Source: an uncultured delta proteobacterium (GTDB lineage Bacteria; Desulfobacterota; Syntrophobacteria; BM002). Taken from it: a stretch of DNA of 64,000 nucleotides. The notes beneath the pieces are model-generated. The model worked only from the letters and a program-made list of their open reading frames with translations. It was not told where the DNA came from and did not search any database. The stretch spans positions 1-64,000 of the forward strand of contig CAVQGX010000002.1 of the NCBI GenBank assembly GCA_963712115.1. The letters are read 5' to 3'. Positions 1-10,922 of this stretch are shown here, in pieces. How positions within the stretch are numbered: position 1 is the first letter of the stretch; each line of letters begins with the position of its first letter. The position numbers were made by a program, and so were the translations under genes.

Positions 1-175
1 CGAGAAGAGTAACCTGCAGTTGTCTCTTTTTCCCATTATTCCACTATTCCACTATTCCAATCTTCCATTTTGATGCAAATCTTTGCTCTTGACTTGTTTT
101 TTTAATTGACGGTATCCTGCCTCTATATTTCAGTACTCTTAACTATTCAATTCTATAAATAAAAATCCCCCTCTA

Positions 176-228
176 CCCTGTTAAATCCCTGTTTCGCAGG
201 GTCCGCCTTAAGGCGGAATTTAACAGGG
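176..228. repeat. Small palindromic insertion element (CCCTGTTAAAT...ATTTAACAGGG ends)
   Basis: 11-bp perfect terminal inverted repeats enclosing two internal hairpins (ccctg..caggg, ccgcc..ggcgg). Confidence 0.55.
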
Positions 229-251
229 CGAGTCCCCTGCACGACAACTAT

Positions 252-290
252 TTTCCCCTCCCCTGGCGGGAGGGGATTAAGGGGAGGGGG
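252..290. repeat. REP-like palindromic arm upstream of the DUF559 gene
   Basis: C/G-rich hairpin; 38/39 identical to the reverse complement of 4568-4606. Confidence 0.8.
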
Positions 291-305
291 AAAAACAAGG
301 ATACC

Positions 306-644
306 ATGACTAGCAGACTTACTAACCTCGCAAAAACCTTGAGAAAAAGGTCCACTGATGTAGAATTGCTTTTATGGCAAAGGCTTAAAGCCAGACGGCT
401 CGAAGGAATCAAATTCAGAAGGCAACAACCGATTGAAGATTTCATTGTGGATTTTGTCAGTTTTGAGAAGCGAATCATAATTGAGTTGGATGGTGGACAG
501 CACGCGGATGATAGGAAAAGGGATCGCGAGAGGGATAGCCTTCTAAGAGAGGCTGGATTCAAGATACTGAGGTTTTGGAATAATGAGGTGTTAGAGAACT
601 TGGAAGGTGTGTTGGAGAGGATAAGAGAAACATGTTTAAGTTGA
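306..644 (+). CDS. DUF559 (YcjD/Vsr-like) endonuclease
   Basis: Motifs LRKRSTDVELLLWQRL, KFRRQQPIEDFIVDF, IELDGGQH, RDSLL, ILRFWN. Confidence 0.9.
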   Translation: MTSRLTNLAKTLRKRSTDVELLLWQRLKARRLEGIKFRRQQPIEDFIVDFVSFEKRIIIELDGGQHADDRKRDRERDSLLREAGFKILRFWNNEVLENLEGVLERIRETCLS

Positions 645-648
645 TCTT

Positions 649-687
649 TCACCCTCCCCCTGGCCCCCTCCCGTCAAGGGAGGGGGG
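649..687. repeat. REP-like palindromic arm downstream of the DUF559 gene
   Basis: Hairpin ccccctccc-gtcaa-gggaggggg; 31/39 identical to the reverse complement of 4528-4566. Confidence 0.8.
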
Positions 688-737
688 AGGAATTTAAAGT
701 TTGTCGGAAAGGCTCTAGCTGGGATTTGGGAAAAAAC

Positions 738-2930
738 ATGACAGACAAAGAAAAGTCCAAAGAGCAGCTATTGGATGAGCTGGCGGCATTGCGCCATCGC
801 ATCGCTGAGTTGGAAAGAACGGAGAGGGAGCACAAGCAGTCGGAGGAGGCACTCCGGGAGACTGAGGTACAGTATCGTACCATAGTGGAGGCTCAGATGG
901 AGCTGGTCTGCCGCTTCTTACCAGATGGTACGTTGACTTTCGTCAATGAGGCTATATGCCAATTACTTGGACAGGAACGTGAAGAGATAATCGGACAAAA
1001 CTTCTACGCATACGTGCACCCCGATGACCAGGAGAAAACCCGCAAGAAAATCAAAGCCCTGAACAAAGAAAATCCCCTGGGAATTAATGAAGAGCGCGTG
1101 ATTTTGCCGAATGGCGAAATGCGCTGGTGGCAATGGAGCAACCGGGCTTTGTTCGATGGCGAGGGTAAGTTGAGTGAGTTTCAGGCGGTTGGTCGAGACA
1201 TTACCGAGCGGGTGGAAACGGAGCAGAGGCTGCGGGAGAGCGAGGAAAGACACCGTTTGCTTCTGGAATCCTCCCCTGATCCTATAGTGGTCTACGACAT
1301 GGAAGGGAGAGCCACCTATGTTAATCCAGCCTTTGAGAGTACCTTTGGTTGGTCTTCCGAGGAGCTTTTAGGTAAACGCATTGATTTTGTTCCTGAGGAT
1401 AGTTGGCCGGAGACCAAAGCCGCTATTGACAGGATGAAAGGGGGAGAGAGAATTGTCTTCTTTGAAACCAGGCGACTAACTAAAGACGGAAGGGTCCTTG
1501 ACATACAACTGAGTTCGTCTCTTTTCGAAGATCGAGAGGGCAACCCGGCAGGTAACATTGTCATTCTCCGGGACGTTACCAATCAAAAGCTGGCACAGGA
1601 AGTTATCAGGGAAAGTGAGGAGAAGTTTCGTGCCCTATTTGATCACATGCCCACCATGGCCTTTGTCATTGACAGGAATCACCGACTCATTGCAGGCAAC
1701 TCGGCATTTACTGAAAAGATGGGAGACCAGGTCAACAGAACTACTTTGGAATTGTCAGGTGTACCTCGGTCCAAAAAGGAATTCTGGTATGGAATTGAAA
1801 AACAAGTGATTGAGTCCGGCCACCCCACCTGGTACGCGGAGGTGGTGGAGTCCCGTAATCAAGGGCGGACTTTCATTGAATGCAGAAAGCAGCCGGTTAA
1901 GGATCAGGATGGCGACGTTTCCATGGTCGTTGGTATCGCCACGGACGTTACAGATCATGTCAAGGAGCAGATCGCCCTGGCAGAAGAGGTGAGAGAGCTT
2001 CGAGTTCAGATATCCAAGGAGGCAGGCCCAACCATTATCGGCAAGAGCAAGAAAATTTCCGAAGCTCTCGGGCGGGTAAAAGCAATTGCTGGGACTGATA
2101 CCACGGTTCTCATCACGGGTGAGTCGGGTAGTGGTAAAGAGTTGGTGGCGGAAGCCATCCATAATCTGAGCAAGAGATCAAAGAAACCATTGATCAAGGT
2201 AAATTGTGCTGCCTTGCCTGAATCGATTATTGAGAGCGAGCTTTTCGGTCACACCAAGGGCGCTTTTACTGGTGCAGTCAGTAACAGGATCGGCCGCTTC
2301 GAGGCAGCAGATGGGGGTACAATCTTTCTCGATGAGATCGGTGATATCTCTCCCGGTGTGCAGGTAAGGCTACTGCGCGTTTTGGAAGAAAGAAAGGTTG
2401 AGAGGGTGGGGGATTACAGACCCATCAAAGTGGATGTGAGGATCGTTGCAGCTACCAATCAAAACCTCAGAAGCCTGGTGGAAAAGGGACGCTTTCGCGA
2501 AGATCTATTCTATCGCTTGAACGTCTTCAACATCCATATGCCGCCACTTAGGGAGAGGACAGAGGACATCCCTCTGCTGATAGCTCATTTTATCAAAAAA
2601 TGCTCCAGGGAGATGGGGAAAGAAATTAGTTCAGTGAGCGATGAGGCCATGAGCTCTCTCCTCCAACACAACTGGAGAGGGAATGTACGAGAACTCATGA
2701 ATATCATCGAGAGTGGTTGCGTTCTCTGCGCCGGCCAGACCATCCAAGCAGAGCATCTGCCGCCGATTCTGGAAACTTGGACCACGGGTATTGAGGCAAC
2801 CAGCGACAAGGACATTCGAGAGGCTCTGCGCCTTACGAGAGGGAACAAAGCAAAGGCGGCAAGACTTCTAGGTATCCACCGGAGTACCCTCTATCGCAGA
2901 ATGGAGCGCTACGGAATTGCGACAGAGTGA
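738..2930 (+). CDS. Sigma-54-dependent Fis-family enhancer-binding protein with three PAS domains
   Basis: PAS/PAC repeats, Walker [23 protein letters not shown]-terminal HTH ([20 protein letters not shown]). ATG at 738 chosen over TTG at 726. Confidence 0.93.
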   Translation: MTDKEKSKEQLLDELAALRHRIAELERTEREHKQSEEALRETEVQYRTIVEAQMELVCRFLPDGTLTFVNEAICQLLGQEREEIIGQNFYAYVHPDDQEKTRKKIKALNKENPLGINEERVILPNGEMRWWQWSNRALFDGEGKLSEFQAVGRDITERVETEQRLRESEERHRLLLESSPDPIVVYDMEGRATYVNPAFESTFGWSSEELLGKRIDFVPEDSWPETKAAIDRMKGGERIVFFETRRLTKDGRVLDIQLSSSLFEDREGNPAGNIVILRDVTNQKLAQEVIRESEEKFRALFDHMPTMAFVIDRNHRLIAGNSAFTEKMGDQVNRTTLELSGVPRSKKEFWYGIEKQVIESGHPTWYAEVVESRNQGRTFIECRKQPVKDQDGDVSMVVGIATDVTDHVKEQIALAEEVRELRVQISKEAGPTIIGKSKKISEALGRVKAIAGTDTTVLITGESGSGKELVAEAIHNLSKRSKKPLIKVNCAALPESIIESELFGHTKGAFTGAVSNRIGRFEAADGGTIFLDEIGDISPGVQVRLLRVLEERKVERVGDYRPIKVDVRIVAATNQNLRSLVEKGRFREDLFYRLNVFNIHMPPLRERTEDIPLLIAHFIKKCSREMGKEISSVSDEAMSSLLQHNWRGNVRELMNIIESGCVLCAGQTIQAEHLPPILETWTTGIEATSDKDIREALRLTRGNKAKAARLLGIHRSTLYRRMERYGIATE

Positions 2931-2958
2931 CGCGCGACATAGGCGACATTTTGCGACA
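2919..2958 (+). promoter_or_regulatory. Putative enhancer (UAS): four GCGACA repeats
   Basis: GCGACA at 2919, 2934, 2943 and 2953, 65-105 bp upstream of a sigma-54 promoter. Confidence 0.5.
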
Positions 2959-3022
2959 CATCTTATTTAATACCAAAGTATTATCCTCTTGCAATCCCAA
3001 CACTTTTTTCTTAGGATTGCCT

Positions 3023-3038
3023 TGGTACGCACATTGCA
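3023..3038 (+). promoter_or_regulatory. Sigma-54 -24/-12 promoter
   Basis: TGGTACGCACATTGCA has exact GG-N10-GC spacing; IHF-like TACCAAAGTATTA at 2971-2983. Confidence 0.7.
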
Positions 3039-3173
3039 ATTGTCAACACCAATTATCCCCGCCCTCCAGTCCTTTTTCTCACCCTGGGGGGGAAATGGCA
3101 CCAAGGAAGTCTGAGGCATCTACTGGCGTCAGTGTTCTAATTATCCCAAAAACCCATACACTTCCTTGGGACC

Positions 3174-3920
3174 ATGAGTGCTCAACCTCCTTTAGGCCAT
3201 TCCAGCACTGGGCAAAGCCTGGAACCCTCCACTGGCAAGGTGATCTACATTGTCGGCCCCAGGAGGCTGCAGAACGAAGCCATAGCCTCGTGTTTGCAGC
3301 GACAAACAGGCGATCCGTGCTTTGTCCATGAAGTTCTAGGTTCCGTCCCTCTGGATGAGGCAAGTGACAACAGCCGACAAGGACTGGTGCTCCTGGACTG
3401 TCAGGGAAAAGATGAGAAAAACGTCCTGGCAGAACTGAGGCCCTATCTCAGCCGAAAACAATCTGAAAACCACATAGTCCTTTTCAACGTGTCCCGCGAC
3501 TCCGGCATTGAAAAAAGATGCATATCTGAAGGAGTACGGGGCTTTTTTTATGCCGAAGACCAACTGGAAATACTGGTAAAAGGTGTTCTGGCTGTGCTCA
3601 ACGGGGATTGGTGGCTTTCCAGAGAGGTCATGATCAAATGCATCCTCGAGGGGACAGATGAGGATAAATATGGAAGGCGGGGCAACGAGGTCCTCACCTC
3701 CAGGCAGATCGAGATACTGGCCCAGGTGGCAATAGGCGCTTCAAACGACGAGATCGCCGAGAGACTCAACATAAGTTCACATACGGTAAAAACGCACCTT
3801 TATAACATCTTCAAAAAGATCAAAGTTACCAATCGCCTCCAGGCCGCGCTTTGGGCCGCCAAGCACTTTAGCATGGAGCATGATGCTACAAATGCGCGCA
3901 TGGGGCATGGAATAGAGTAA
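3174..3920 (+). CDS. LuxR/CsgD-like transcriptional regulator (degenerate REC + LuxR HTH)
   Basis: LTSRQIEILAQVAIGASNDEIAERLNISSHTVKTHLYNIFKKIKVTNRLQAALWA. Confidence 0.9.
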   Translation: MSAQPPLGHSSTGQSLEPSTGKVIYIVGPRRLQNEAIASCLQRQTGDPCFVHEVLGSVPLDEASDNSRQGLVLLDCQGKDEKNVLAELRPYLSRKQSENHIVLFNVSRDSGIEKRCISEGVRGFFYAEDQLEILVKGVLAVLNGDWWLSREVMIKCILEGTDEDKYGRRGNEVLTSRQIEILAQVAIGASNDEIAERLNISSHTVKTHLYNIFKKIKVTNRLQAALWAAKHFSMEHDATNARMGHGIE

Positions 3921-4502
3921 AATTCGAATTCGAATTTCGAAATTCGAAATTGTTTTGATTCTCTACCTCTTACAATAAATGACAGCGTAGCGTAATGACC
4001 TAATGACGGCGAAGCCTTATGACCTTAGTCGCCTTGAGCCTTGTGCCGTGCGCCCTGTGCCCCTCCGTTTCAAGCGGTCAGTGTCGCACAAAGGACAGAA
4101 CATACGAAAAAAGTAGTAGCTAATTCAATTGCGGCCATACTTTCTTCGTATAGCTTCGTAATCACCAAAAATCTAAAAATACGAAAAAAATCATAATTTC
4201 TACCGATTGCGTTTCTTGACTGAATAAGTAAGATGGGGCAAGTGGCAATACTCATAAAAATTAATATATGGGATACCCTCTATTAAATTTCCTTTTCGAC
4301 TCTAAATACAACCCTACAGTTCCAGAAGCTAAGCCGATTATTCCCACAGATTTAGTCGTCTATCGCAAGGCGCTGCCTAAGAAGTTGTAGCTCTTTTTTG
4401 TTTATTTGTTTTTCTGCCCACTTGAAATGAAATAAATTCTTAAGAATAACCAGGCTTCAGTTAAACAACTAAGTATATCGCTTAAGGCAATGACAGCGAA
4501 TT

Positions 4503-4625
4503 GTGTTCATCCAAGGAACCCAAAAATCCCCTCCCCCTTGACGGGGGAGGGTTAGGGTGGGGGTGATCCCCCTCCCCTTAATCCCCTCCCGTCAGGGGAG
4601 GGGAAATGAGTTTTTGGATGAACAC
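4503..4625. mobile_element. Non-autonomous REPIN/MITE-like element built from the two DUF559 arms
   Basis: Outer inverted repeat GTGTTCATCCAA/TTGGATGAACAC enclosing arms at 4528-4566 and 4568-4606. Confidence 0.65.
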
Positions 4626-4646
4626 TGACTAAATAAGGTTTAATTG

Positions 4647-4971
4647 ATGAAAGACCGGCGAAAGTACGAGAGGTTCCAATTAGAACTTCCTGCTAGGCTG
4701 GAGATGAACTCTTCACAAAGAACAGAGATATTCGAATTACGAACCAGGGATATATCCGCCGCCGGTGCTTTGTTGTTGGGTACTTCAGCGCAATTTGCTC
4801 GCAGGCACCCGGTGTAATTTGGAACTGATCGTCACCAGTGAAAGGATTAAGGAACTAACCGGAGTTCAAGGCTTAATAAAGGTTGAAGGAACAATAGTCC
4901 GCTCTACACCAGATGGGGTGGCAATCTGTTTCGACGGTGACTGCCAGATCCTGGGCCTAAAGGGATCGTAG
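4647..4971 (+). CDS. Single-domain PilZ protein (frameshift near 4798)
   Basis: Manual translation from ATG 4647 gives MKDRRKYERFQLELPA...TRDISAAGA (RxxxR and DxSxxG motifs). It continues in the other frame as ...IKVEGTIVRSTPDGVAICF. Confidence 0.8.
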
Positions 4972-5034
4972 AATTTGAACATAGGAGAGCTATCCGATAA
5001 AAGGGACTTTACTGAAAGTGAAATAGTTATTGCC

Positions 5035-5190
5035 AAGTCCCCCTTGTACCAGAGGGGAGAGGCTACCCGGTGAAGGGGCAACATAGATCCCTCCTCCTTG
5101 ACGGGGAAGGTTATTATCCCCTCCCCTGTCCTAGGGGAGGCGGAAAGTTAGTTATCGGACAGCCTGGGGGGGATTTTAGGGGGGATTTAA
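5035..5190. repeat. Degenerate nested REP-like palindromes
   Basis: Contains ccctcctccttgacggggaaggtta (DUF559-arm-like) inside aagtccccctt...ggggattttaggggg. Confidence 0.5.
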
Positions 5191-5240
5191 ATTACTACTC
5201 AGACTTCTATGCAACTAACAAACATACAGGGGGGGAAGTC

Positions 5241-8200
5241 ATGAGGGGGCAACTTTTTAAGTTTCTAAGGCTCTTATTGTGTTTCAGTTTCGTCATAGCC
5301 TTGCTGTACCCCTGCGCTGCATCTGCTGAGAGGTGCGAGCAGTGGGTGGCAAAAGTGGTTTCAGTGCAGGGTACGGTAGAAGTAAAAAAGGTTGGCGAAG
5401 CTCTGTGGCAACCGGTGCAAATTAAACGACACCTACTGCCCGGGTGACGAGATTCGGGCAGGGGAAAATAGCCGGGCAAACCTTGCCCTGATCAACGAGG
5501 CAGTCCTCCGTCTCAATCAGAACACCAGCATGACCCTGGGTGAATTCAAGGAAGAAAAAACCTCCCTGGTAGATCTGTTCAAGGGGGCTGCTCACTTCTT
5601 CAGCCGCAAGCCCCGCTCCCTGGAGGTGAATACACCTTACGCCATCGCAGGGGTTCGAGGAACAGAGTTCTTCATTGAGGTCAAGGAAGATCAAACCTTC
5701 CTCTCCATATTCCAGGGAGAGGTCCTGGCTCAGAACAGGTTCGGAGAGCTCACCCTCACCAGTGGTCAGTCGGCAGTAGCCGAGAGAGGGAAAGCCCCTG
5801 AAATGCGGGTTGTGGTCCGCCCCCGGGATGCAGTCCAATGGGCTTTGTATTACCCACGGGTCATCTATGAGGGAGTTCCCGAAGATACCAGTGACCCGCG
5901 CTACCTTGCCTATCGCGCCCAGGAGCTCCTCGCTGTTGGCCGGGTTGACGAGGCCAATGCAAATATCGAGCGGGCCTTGAGGCTGGACCCGAATAACAGC
6001 GACGCCCTTTCACTTCAAGCGATCATCGCCGTGGTGCAGAATGAGAAGGAAAAGGCCCTCAGTACTGCCCAGAAGGCAGTCGACGCAAATCCGAATTCTG
6101 CCACTCCACAGATTGCCCTTTCCTATGCACAGCAGGCAAGCTTCAACCTGGAAGGAGCACGGGCAAGTCTCGAGAAGGCAGTGCAACTGGAGCCTGGAAA
6201 TGCACTGGCCTGGGCGAGGCTGGCAGAGCTCCAGGCATCATTCGGCGAGCTGGATAAAGCCTCTGGAGACGGCTCAAAAAGCGGTGTCCCTCGATCCGAA
6301 CCTCTCCAGGACACAGACTGTTTTGGGATTTGCTTACCTCAATCAGGTCAAGATAGGAGAGTCCAAGGCAGCCTTTGAAAAGGCGATCCAGCTCGATCAG
6401 GCTGACCCCCTGCCGAGGCTGGGTCTGGGTCTGGCAAAGATCCGCAAGGGTGATCTGGAGGATGGCAGGGCGGAGATCGAGATTGCCGCGAGCCTTGACC
6501 CCAACAACTCCCTGATCCGCAGCTATCTGGGCAAGGCTTACTATGAAGAGAAGCGCACCAAGCAGGATGGGCCCGAGTATCAAATCGCCAAGGAGCTCGA
6601 TCCAAAGGACCCCACCCCATATTTCTACGACGCCATCCGCAAGCAGACCACCAACCGGCCGGTGGAGGCATTGCGTGATTACCAGAAAGCAATCGAGTTA
6701 AACGACAACCGGGCGGTGTACCGTTCCAAGCTAAATCTCGATTCAGACGAGGCTGCCAGACAGTCGGCCCTTGCCCGGGTTTACAGTGATCTGGGCTTCC
6801 AGGAGCTTGCCCTGGTGGAAGGGTGGAAATCGGTTAACACCGATCCAACCAACTATTCCGCCCACAGGTTTCTGGCCGATTCTTATTCTGCCCGGCCACG
6901 CCACGAGATAGCAAGGGTGAGTGAACTGCTCCAGTCCCAGCTCCTTCAGCCCACAAACATCACTCCCATCCAGCCCCGGTTGGCTGAAAGCAACCTGTTC
7001 CTCATCAGCGCTCAGGGCCCCGGCTCTCTCTCCTTTAATGAGTTCAATCCCATTTTCAACAGGAATGGCGCTGCAGCGCAGTTCAGTACCTTGGCAGGTG
7101 AACAATGACACAGTTGCAGGGGAATTTGTCCTCTCAGCCATCCAAAATAAACTTTCCTGGAGCTTAGGCGCGACGGCACTTTAGACAGATGGCTGGCGAG
7201 ACAACGCTGACCAGGATGATAAAATCGCTAACGCCTTTATGCAATATGAACTCACCTACAAAACGAGCATTCAGGCTGAATACAGATACAGAGATGAGAA
7301 AAGAGGTGACACTCAGCTGAGGTTCTTCGAAGATGACTTCCGGCCGAACCTCACAGCAAGAAGACTTAACCAAAACAATCCGTCTTGGCTTCCGTCATAG
7401 CTTTTTCGCCAGGTTCTAATCTCATCGGTAATTTTTCGTATCAAGATGGAGACCGTAGTTCGATGGATCAACCTCTTCCTATTGTGGACATCGATCGTGA
7501 GATTGATGAGACTGCATATGGCAGCGAACTCCAGTACCTGTTCCGCTCGCAATACATAAATCTTGTCGCCGGCACAGGGTATTTCCATATAAAATCGGAT
7601 GACGATGTTACAGTAAATGTTACTACTGGCTTGCCTCCCCCATTTCCTCCTGTCATAACACAAAAGCAGACCTTTGATAGAGATGTGGATCACACCAATG
7701 CTTATGTGTATTCTTACATCGATCTTCCGCTGAATGTGACACTGACTGTTGGTGGAAGTTACGACGACTTCAACAGTGATGGTGACGATAGCCCTGATGA
7801 AGACCAGTTCAATCCTAAATTCGGGTATCACCTGGAATCCTTTTTCATCCACTACACTTCGCGGTGCGGTGTTCAGGACTTTAAAGAGAACGCTGGTTAC
7901 CGACCAGACCCTGGAGCCAACCCAGGTAGCCGGATTCAATCAGTTCTTTGATGATGCTAACGCAACAGACGCATGGCGCGCTGGTGGTGCTATCGATCAG
8001 AAATTCACTGAAAGCATATACGGAGGAGTAGAGTATACCTATAGGAATCTCAGTGTTCCCTTTAATGATGCGGCTGGAGATCTGCAAAACGAGAAATGGG
8101 TGGAAAAGATGTTCCGCGGCTACCTTTTCTGGACACCACATGAATGGGTAGCGCTCAGGGCGGAATATTTGTGGGAACGTTTTGAAAGGGATGAAGATCT

Positions 8201-8540
8201 TGCTGATGGCGCAAAAACCGTTGAAACTAGTTATGTTCCCTTGGGCATCAATTTTTTTCACCCCATAGGACTGAGTGCCTCGTTAACTGGGACCTATGTT
8301 GATCAGCAGGGCAGTTTTGAGCGAGCAACGGCTGTTGGCACCTTTGAAAACGGTGATGATGACTTCTTCTTGGTCGACGCTGCAATCAGGTATCGTTTTC
8401 CCAAGAGGTACGGTTTTTTCACGGTGGGAGTGTCAAATCTGACTGACGAAGATTTCGAGCATTTCGATACAGACAGGGATAACCCACGTATACAGCCAGA
8501 CAGATTCTTCTTCGCCAGCATCACACTGGCGGTTCAATAA
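5241..8540 (+). CDS. FecR-TPR-outer-membrane beta-barrel receptor (one gene split by several frameshifts)
   Basis: Signal peptide; FecR motifs (AKVVSVQGTVEV, GDEIRAGENSRA, VNTPYAIAGVRGTEF); many TPRs; barrel end GVSNLTDEDF...PDRFFFASITLAVQ. Consecutive overlapping ORFs join by single-base indels. Confidence 0.8.
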
Positions 8541-8654
8541 GGTTAACCGATCATAACGACAGGAGATACTGAAAAATTTCATGTATAAAGGAGGTGATAT
8601 TAATCGCTTGTTCTTCTTGTAAACATTAAAAACGGTTCTTTGAGGAGGAGTGAA

Positions 8655-9560
8655 ATGCAAAAGAACAGATATCTCTTATTATTTGTCTTGGCGGCTATCG
8701 TTACGCTGTTCGCCGTCACTGAGGTCATAGCACAGCCGACTTTTCCTACCGCAGCCAATGAATGTATGGTGATATATGGTACTAAAAACACGGACTGGTT
8801 TACGATCGGTCTTGACTATGGTCCGAATGGCGAATGGCCGGTTCAAACAACCTGTCGACTTGATGACGGTTCTACTCGCGAAGTATCAAAGTACGACTAC
8901 GTGATTACTGGCGGGAAGTGGTCAGCAGCTGCATATTACCAAACAATTCCCGGTATGCGTCCAGGTAATGATCAATACGATATAGACCTTGATTGCAGTT
9001 TCAGTTCAGTTAACTACATTCCCCCCGGTGAAGGGACCGGCTCCGGTAAGGTTCCTTGTTTTGCAGATTATCTTGGGGAAAGGGCTTTGGTAGCTTATAC
9101 GTCCGCGCCATCTGGCTCACCAAAGAAATTCGGGCATTCCTCACAATCCAGTGGCATCGGATGGACATCGCTCGCCATTGCAGTTGGGAGTAACGTGTTC
9201 TTCTGCAGACAATACGATGAGGATGGAATTCCCGTTGGATATGGGTTACCGGGGCCTGAAGTGGGAGCGACTCGCATTATTAAGACCACCGAAGAACTTA
9301 GGTGGGTTGGCCCCAAGTTGATAAGATTCGTAATAGACTATGAAAATTGTACTTATACGGCCTACGATACGGACAATCCAACAGTTCCACTTGAACAATT
9401 CCCCTTACAAGAACTCGAGATCGGTAAGGTGGGCGGAACAAAAGAAAAAATTAAAGAAAATTGGGGCCACGGAAAATGTGACCACTTTACACTTGCGGTC
9501 GGGGAGAATTCCTGCTTGCTTGATTGCTTAGGTGGTTGGTTCATCAATATATGTTGGTAG
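8655..9560 (+). CDS. Secreted Cys-rich hypothetical protein with C-terminal C-x12-C-W motif
   Basis: RBS GAGGAG, N-terminal signal peptide, ends ...GENSCLLDCLGGWFINICW. Confidence 0.75.
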   Translation: MQKNRYLLLFVLAAIVTLFAVTEVIAQPTFPTAANECMVIYGTKNTDWFTIGLDYGPNGEWPVQTTCRLDDGSTREVSKYDYVITGGKWSAAAYYQTIPGMRPGNDQYDIDLDCSFSSVNYIPPGEGTGSGKVPCFADYLGERALVAYTSAPSGSPKKFGHSSQSSGIGWTSLAIAVGSNVFFCRQYDEDGIPVGYGLPGPEVGATRIIKTTEELRWVGPKLIRFVIDYENCTYTAYDTDNPTVPLEQFPLQELEIGKVGGTKEKIKENWGHGKCDHFTLAVGENSCLLDCLGGWFINICW

Positions 9561-9604
9561 TGCGCAGAAGTTTTTATTGATTCAGGTTGTTTATCGTGGG
9601 GATT

Positions 9605-9636
9605 GGGCGGGGCACAATTTGTGCCCTGCCCTTTTT
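9605..9636 (+). terminator. Rho-independent terminator
   Basis: gggcggggcaca..tgtgccctgccc hairpin followed by a T-tract. Confidence 0.7.
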
Positions 9637-9759
9637 CGGTTTCACGTCTCAATATTAGTTGCATAGCGCAGCTTTCAACAGCTTCAGACCAGGGATCTTT
9701 ACCCCTTTTAGTGGACACACCGAAAAGCTATCTGTATATGATAGCAAGGAGGTGTGTTC

Positions 9760-10077
9760 ATGTCAGGAAAAAGACGTCGACGAACCTATGACAAAGCCTT
9801 CAAGTACGAAGCAGTGCGCTTAGTACTGGAAGAAGGCCGCAGTGCCGCCGAGGTGGAACGAAATCTGGGTACCGGAAGAGGGATTGTCTCCCGCTGGGTC
9901 CATGAGCTCACCGAAGATCCGGACCATGCTTTCCCAGGCAAAGGCCATCTTAAGCCCCCAGAGGAGGAAATCCGTACGCTTAAACGAGAACTTGAGCGTG
10001 TCAAAAGGGAGCGTGACATTTTAAAAAAAGCGGTGGCCATCTTCTCAACCGAGCCAGAGCGGTATTCGGGTTCATAG
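9760..10077 (+). CDS. IS3 transposase OrfA
   Basis: RRTYDKAFKYEAVRLV HTH; EIRTLKRELERVKRERDILKKA zipper. Confidence 0.9.
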   Translation: MSGKRRRRTYDKAFKYEAVRLVLEEGRSAAEVERNLGTGRGIVSRWVHELTEDPDHAFPGKGHLKPPEEEIRTLKRELERVKRERDILKKAVAIFSTEPERYSGS

Positions 10078-10922
10078 CAGAGCAGCGCTCTGAATACACA
10101 ACTGAGGAGATGTGCCGCATATTATCAGTGTCTCGCAGCGGTTTTTACAGCTGGCTTAACCGCGCTCAGAGCAAAAGAGACAAGGACAACGACAAGCTGC
10201 TCTGCCACATTGCTCAGATCCATGGTGAATCTCATTGCACTTATGGCAGTCCCCGCATTACCGATGCCCTTCGTCAACGCGGGATTATATGCAACCACAA
10301 GCGGGTGGCACGGTTGATGCGCATCAAGGGCATCAGGTCAAAGATAAAGCGCAAATTCAAAGTGACCACCAATTCGGCCCATAGACGGCCTGTAGCGCCT
10401 AATCTGATTAAACACGGCTTTAGCGCCAGTGCACCGAATCGACTGTGGACTTCGGACATTACCTACATTCGGACCAAGCAAGGTTGGCTCTATTTAGCTG
10501 TTTTCCTGGATGTCTGGTCCCGGCGAATCGTCGGCTGGGCCATGAGTCGAAGCCAAACTGATCGACTAATCACTCAGGCATTCAGGCAAGCGCTAGGTAG
10601 CAGGCGTCCAAAAGCCGGACTCATTGTTCACTCAGATCGTGGCAGCCAATACTGCAGCCGTTCTTTCAAAGAGCTGTTAACCTCAAACCGTTACCTGCAA
10701 TCTATGGCTTCTACAGGTAACAGCTATCAAAATGCAATAACTGAAAGTTTCTTTGCTAGCTTGAAAACCGAGCTGGTCTTTCATGAGATCTATCAGAGCC
10801 GCAACCAAGCTCGAAGGAGCATATTCAAGTACATAGAGATGTTCTACAACCGAAAAAGAATTCATTCTGCTCTGGGAGGAATCTCCCCTGAACAGTTCGA
10901 AAAATCGGAGACCTTAGCTTAA
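10023..10922 (+). CDS. IS3 transposase OrfB (DDE), reached by -1 frameshift
   Basis: Frame open from the slippery site; WTSDITYI, HSDRGSQY, NAITESFF, YNRKRIHSALG. Confidence 0.9.
   Translation, partial: KKSGGHLLNRARAVFGFIAEQRSEYTTEEMCRILSVSRSGFYSWLNRAQSKRDKDNDKLLCHIAQIHGESHCTYGSPRITDALRQRGIICNHKRVARLMRIKGIRSKIKRKFKVTTNSAHRRPVAPNLIKHGFSASAPNRLWTSDITYIRTKQGWLYLAVFLDVWSRRIVGWAMSRSQTDRLITQAFRQALGSRRPKAGLIVHSDRGSQYCSRSFKELLTSNRYLQSMASTGNSYQNAITESFFASLKTELVFHEIYQSRNQARRSIFKYIEMFYNRKRIHSALGGISPEQFEKSETLA

Noticed and set aside
7104-7108. TGA/TAG stops inside the FecR-TPR-barrel region as possible recoding sites
   Set aside because: Protein similarity continues in a different frame, so indels explain them, unlike the in-frame TGA at 11075.
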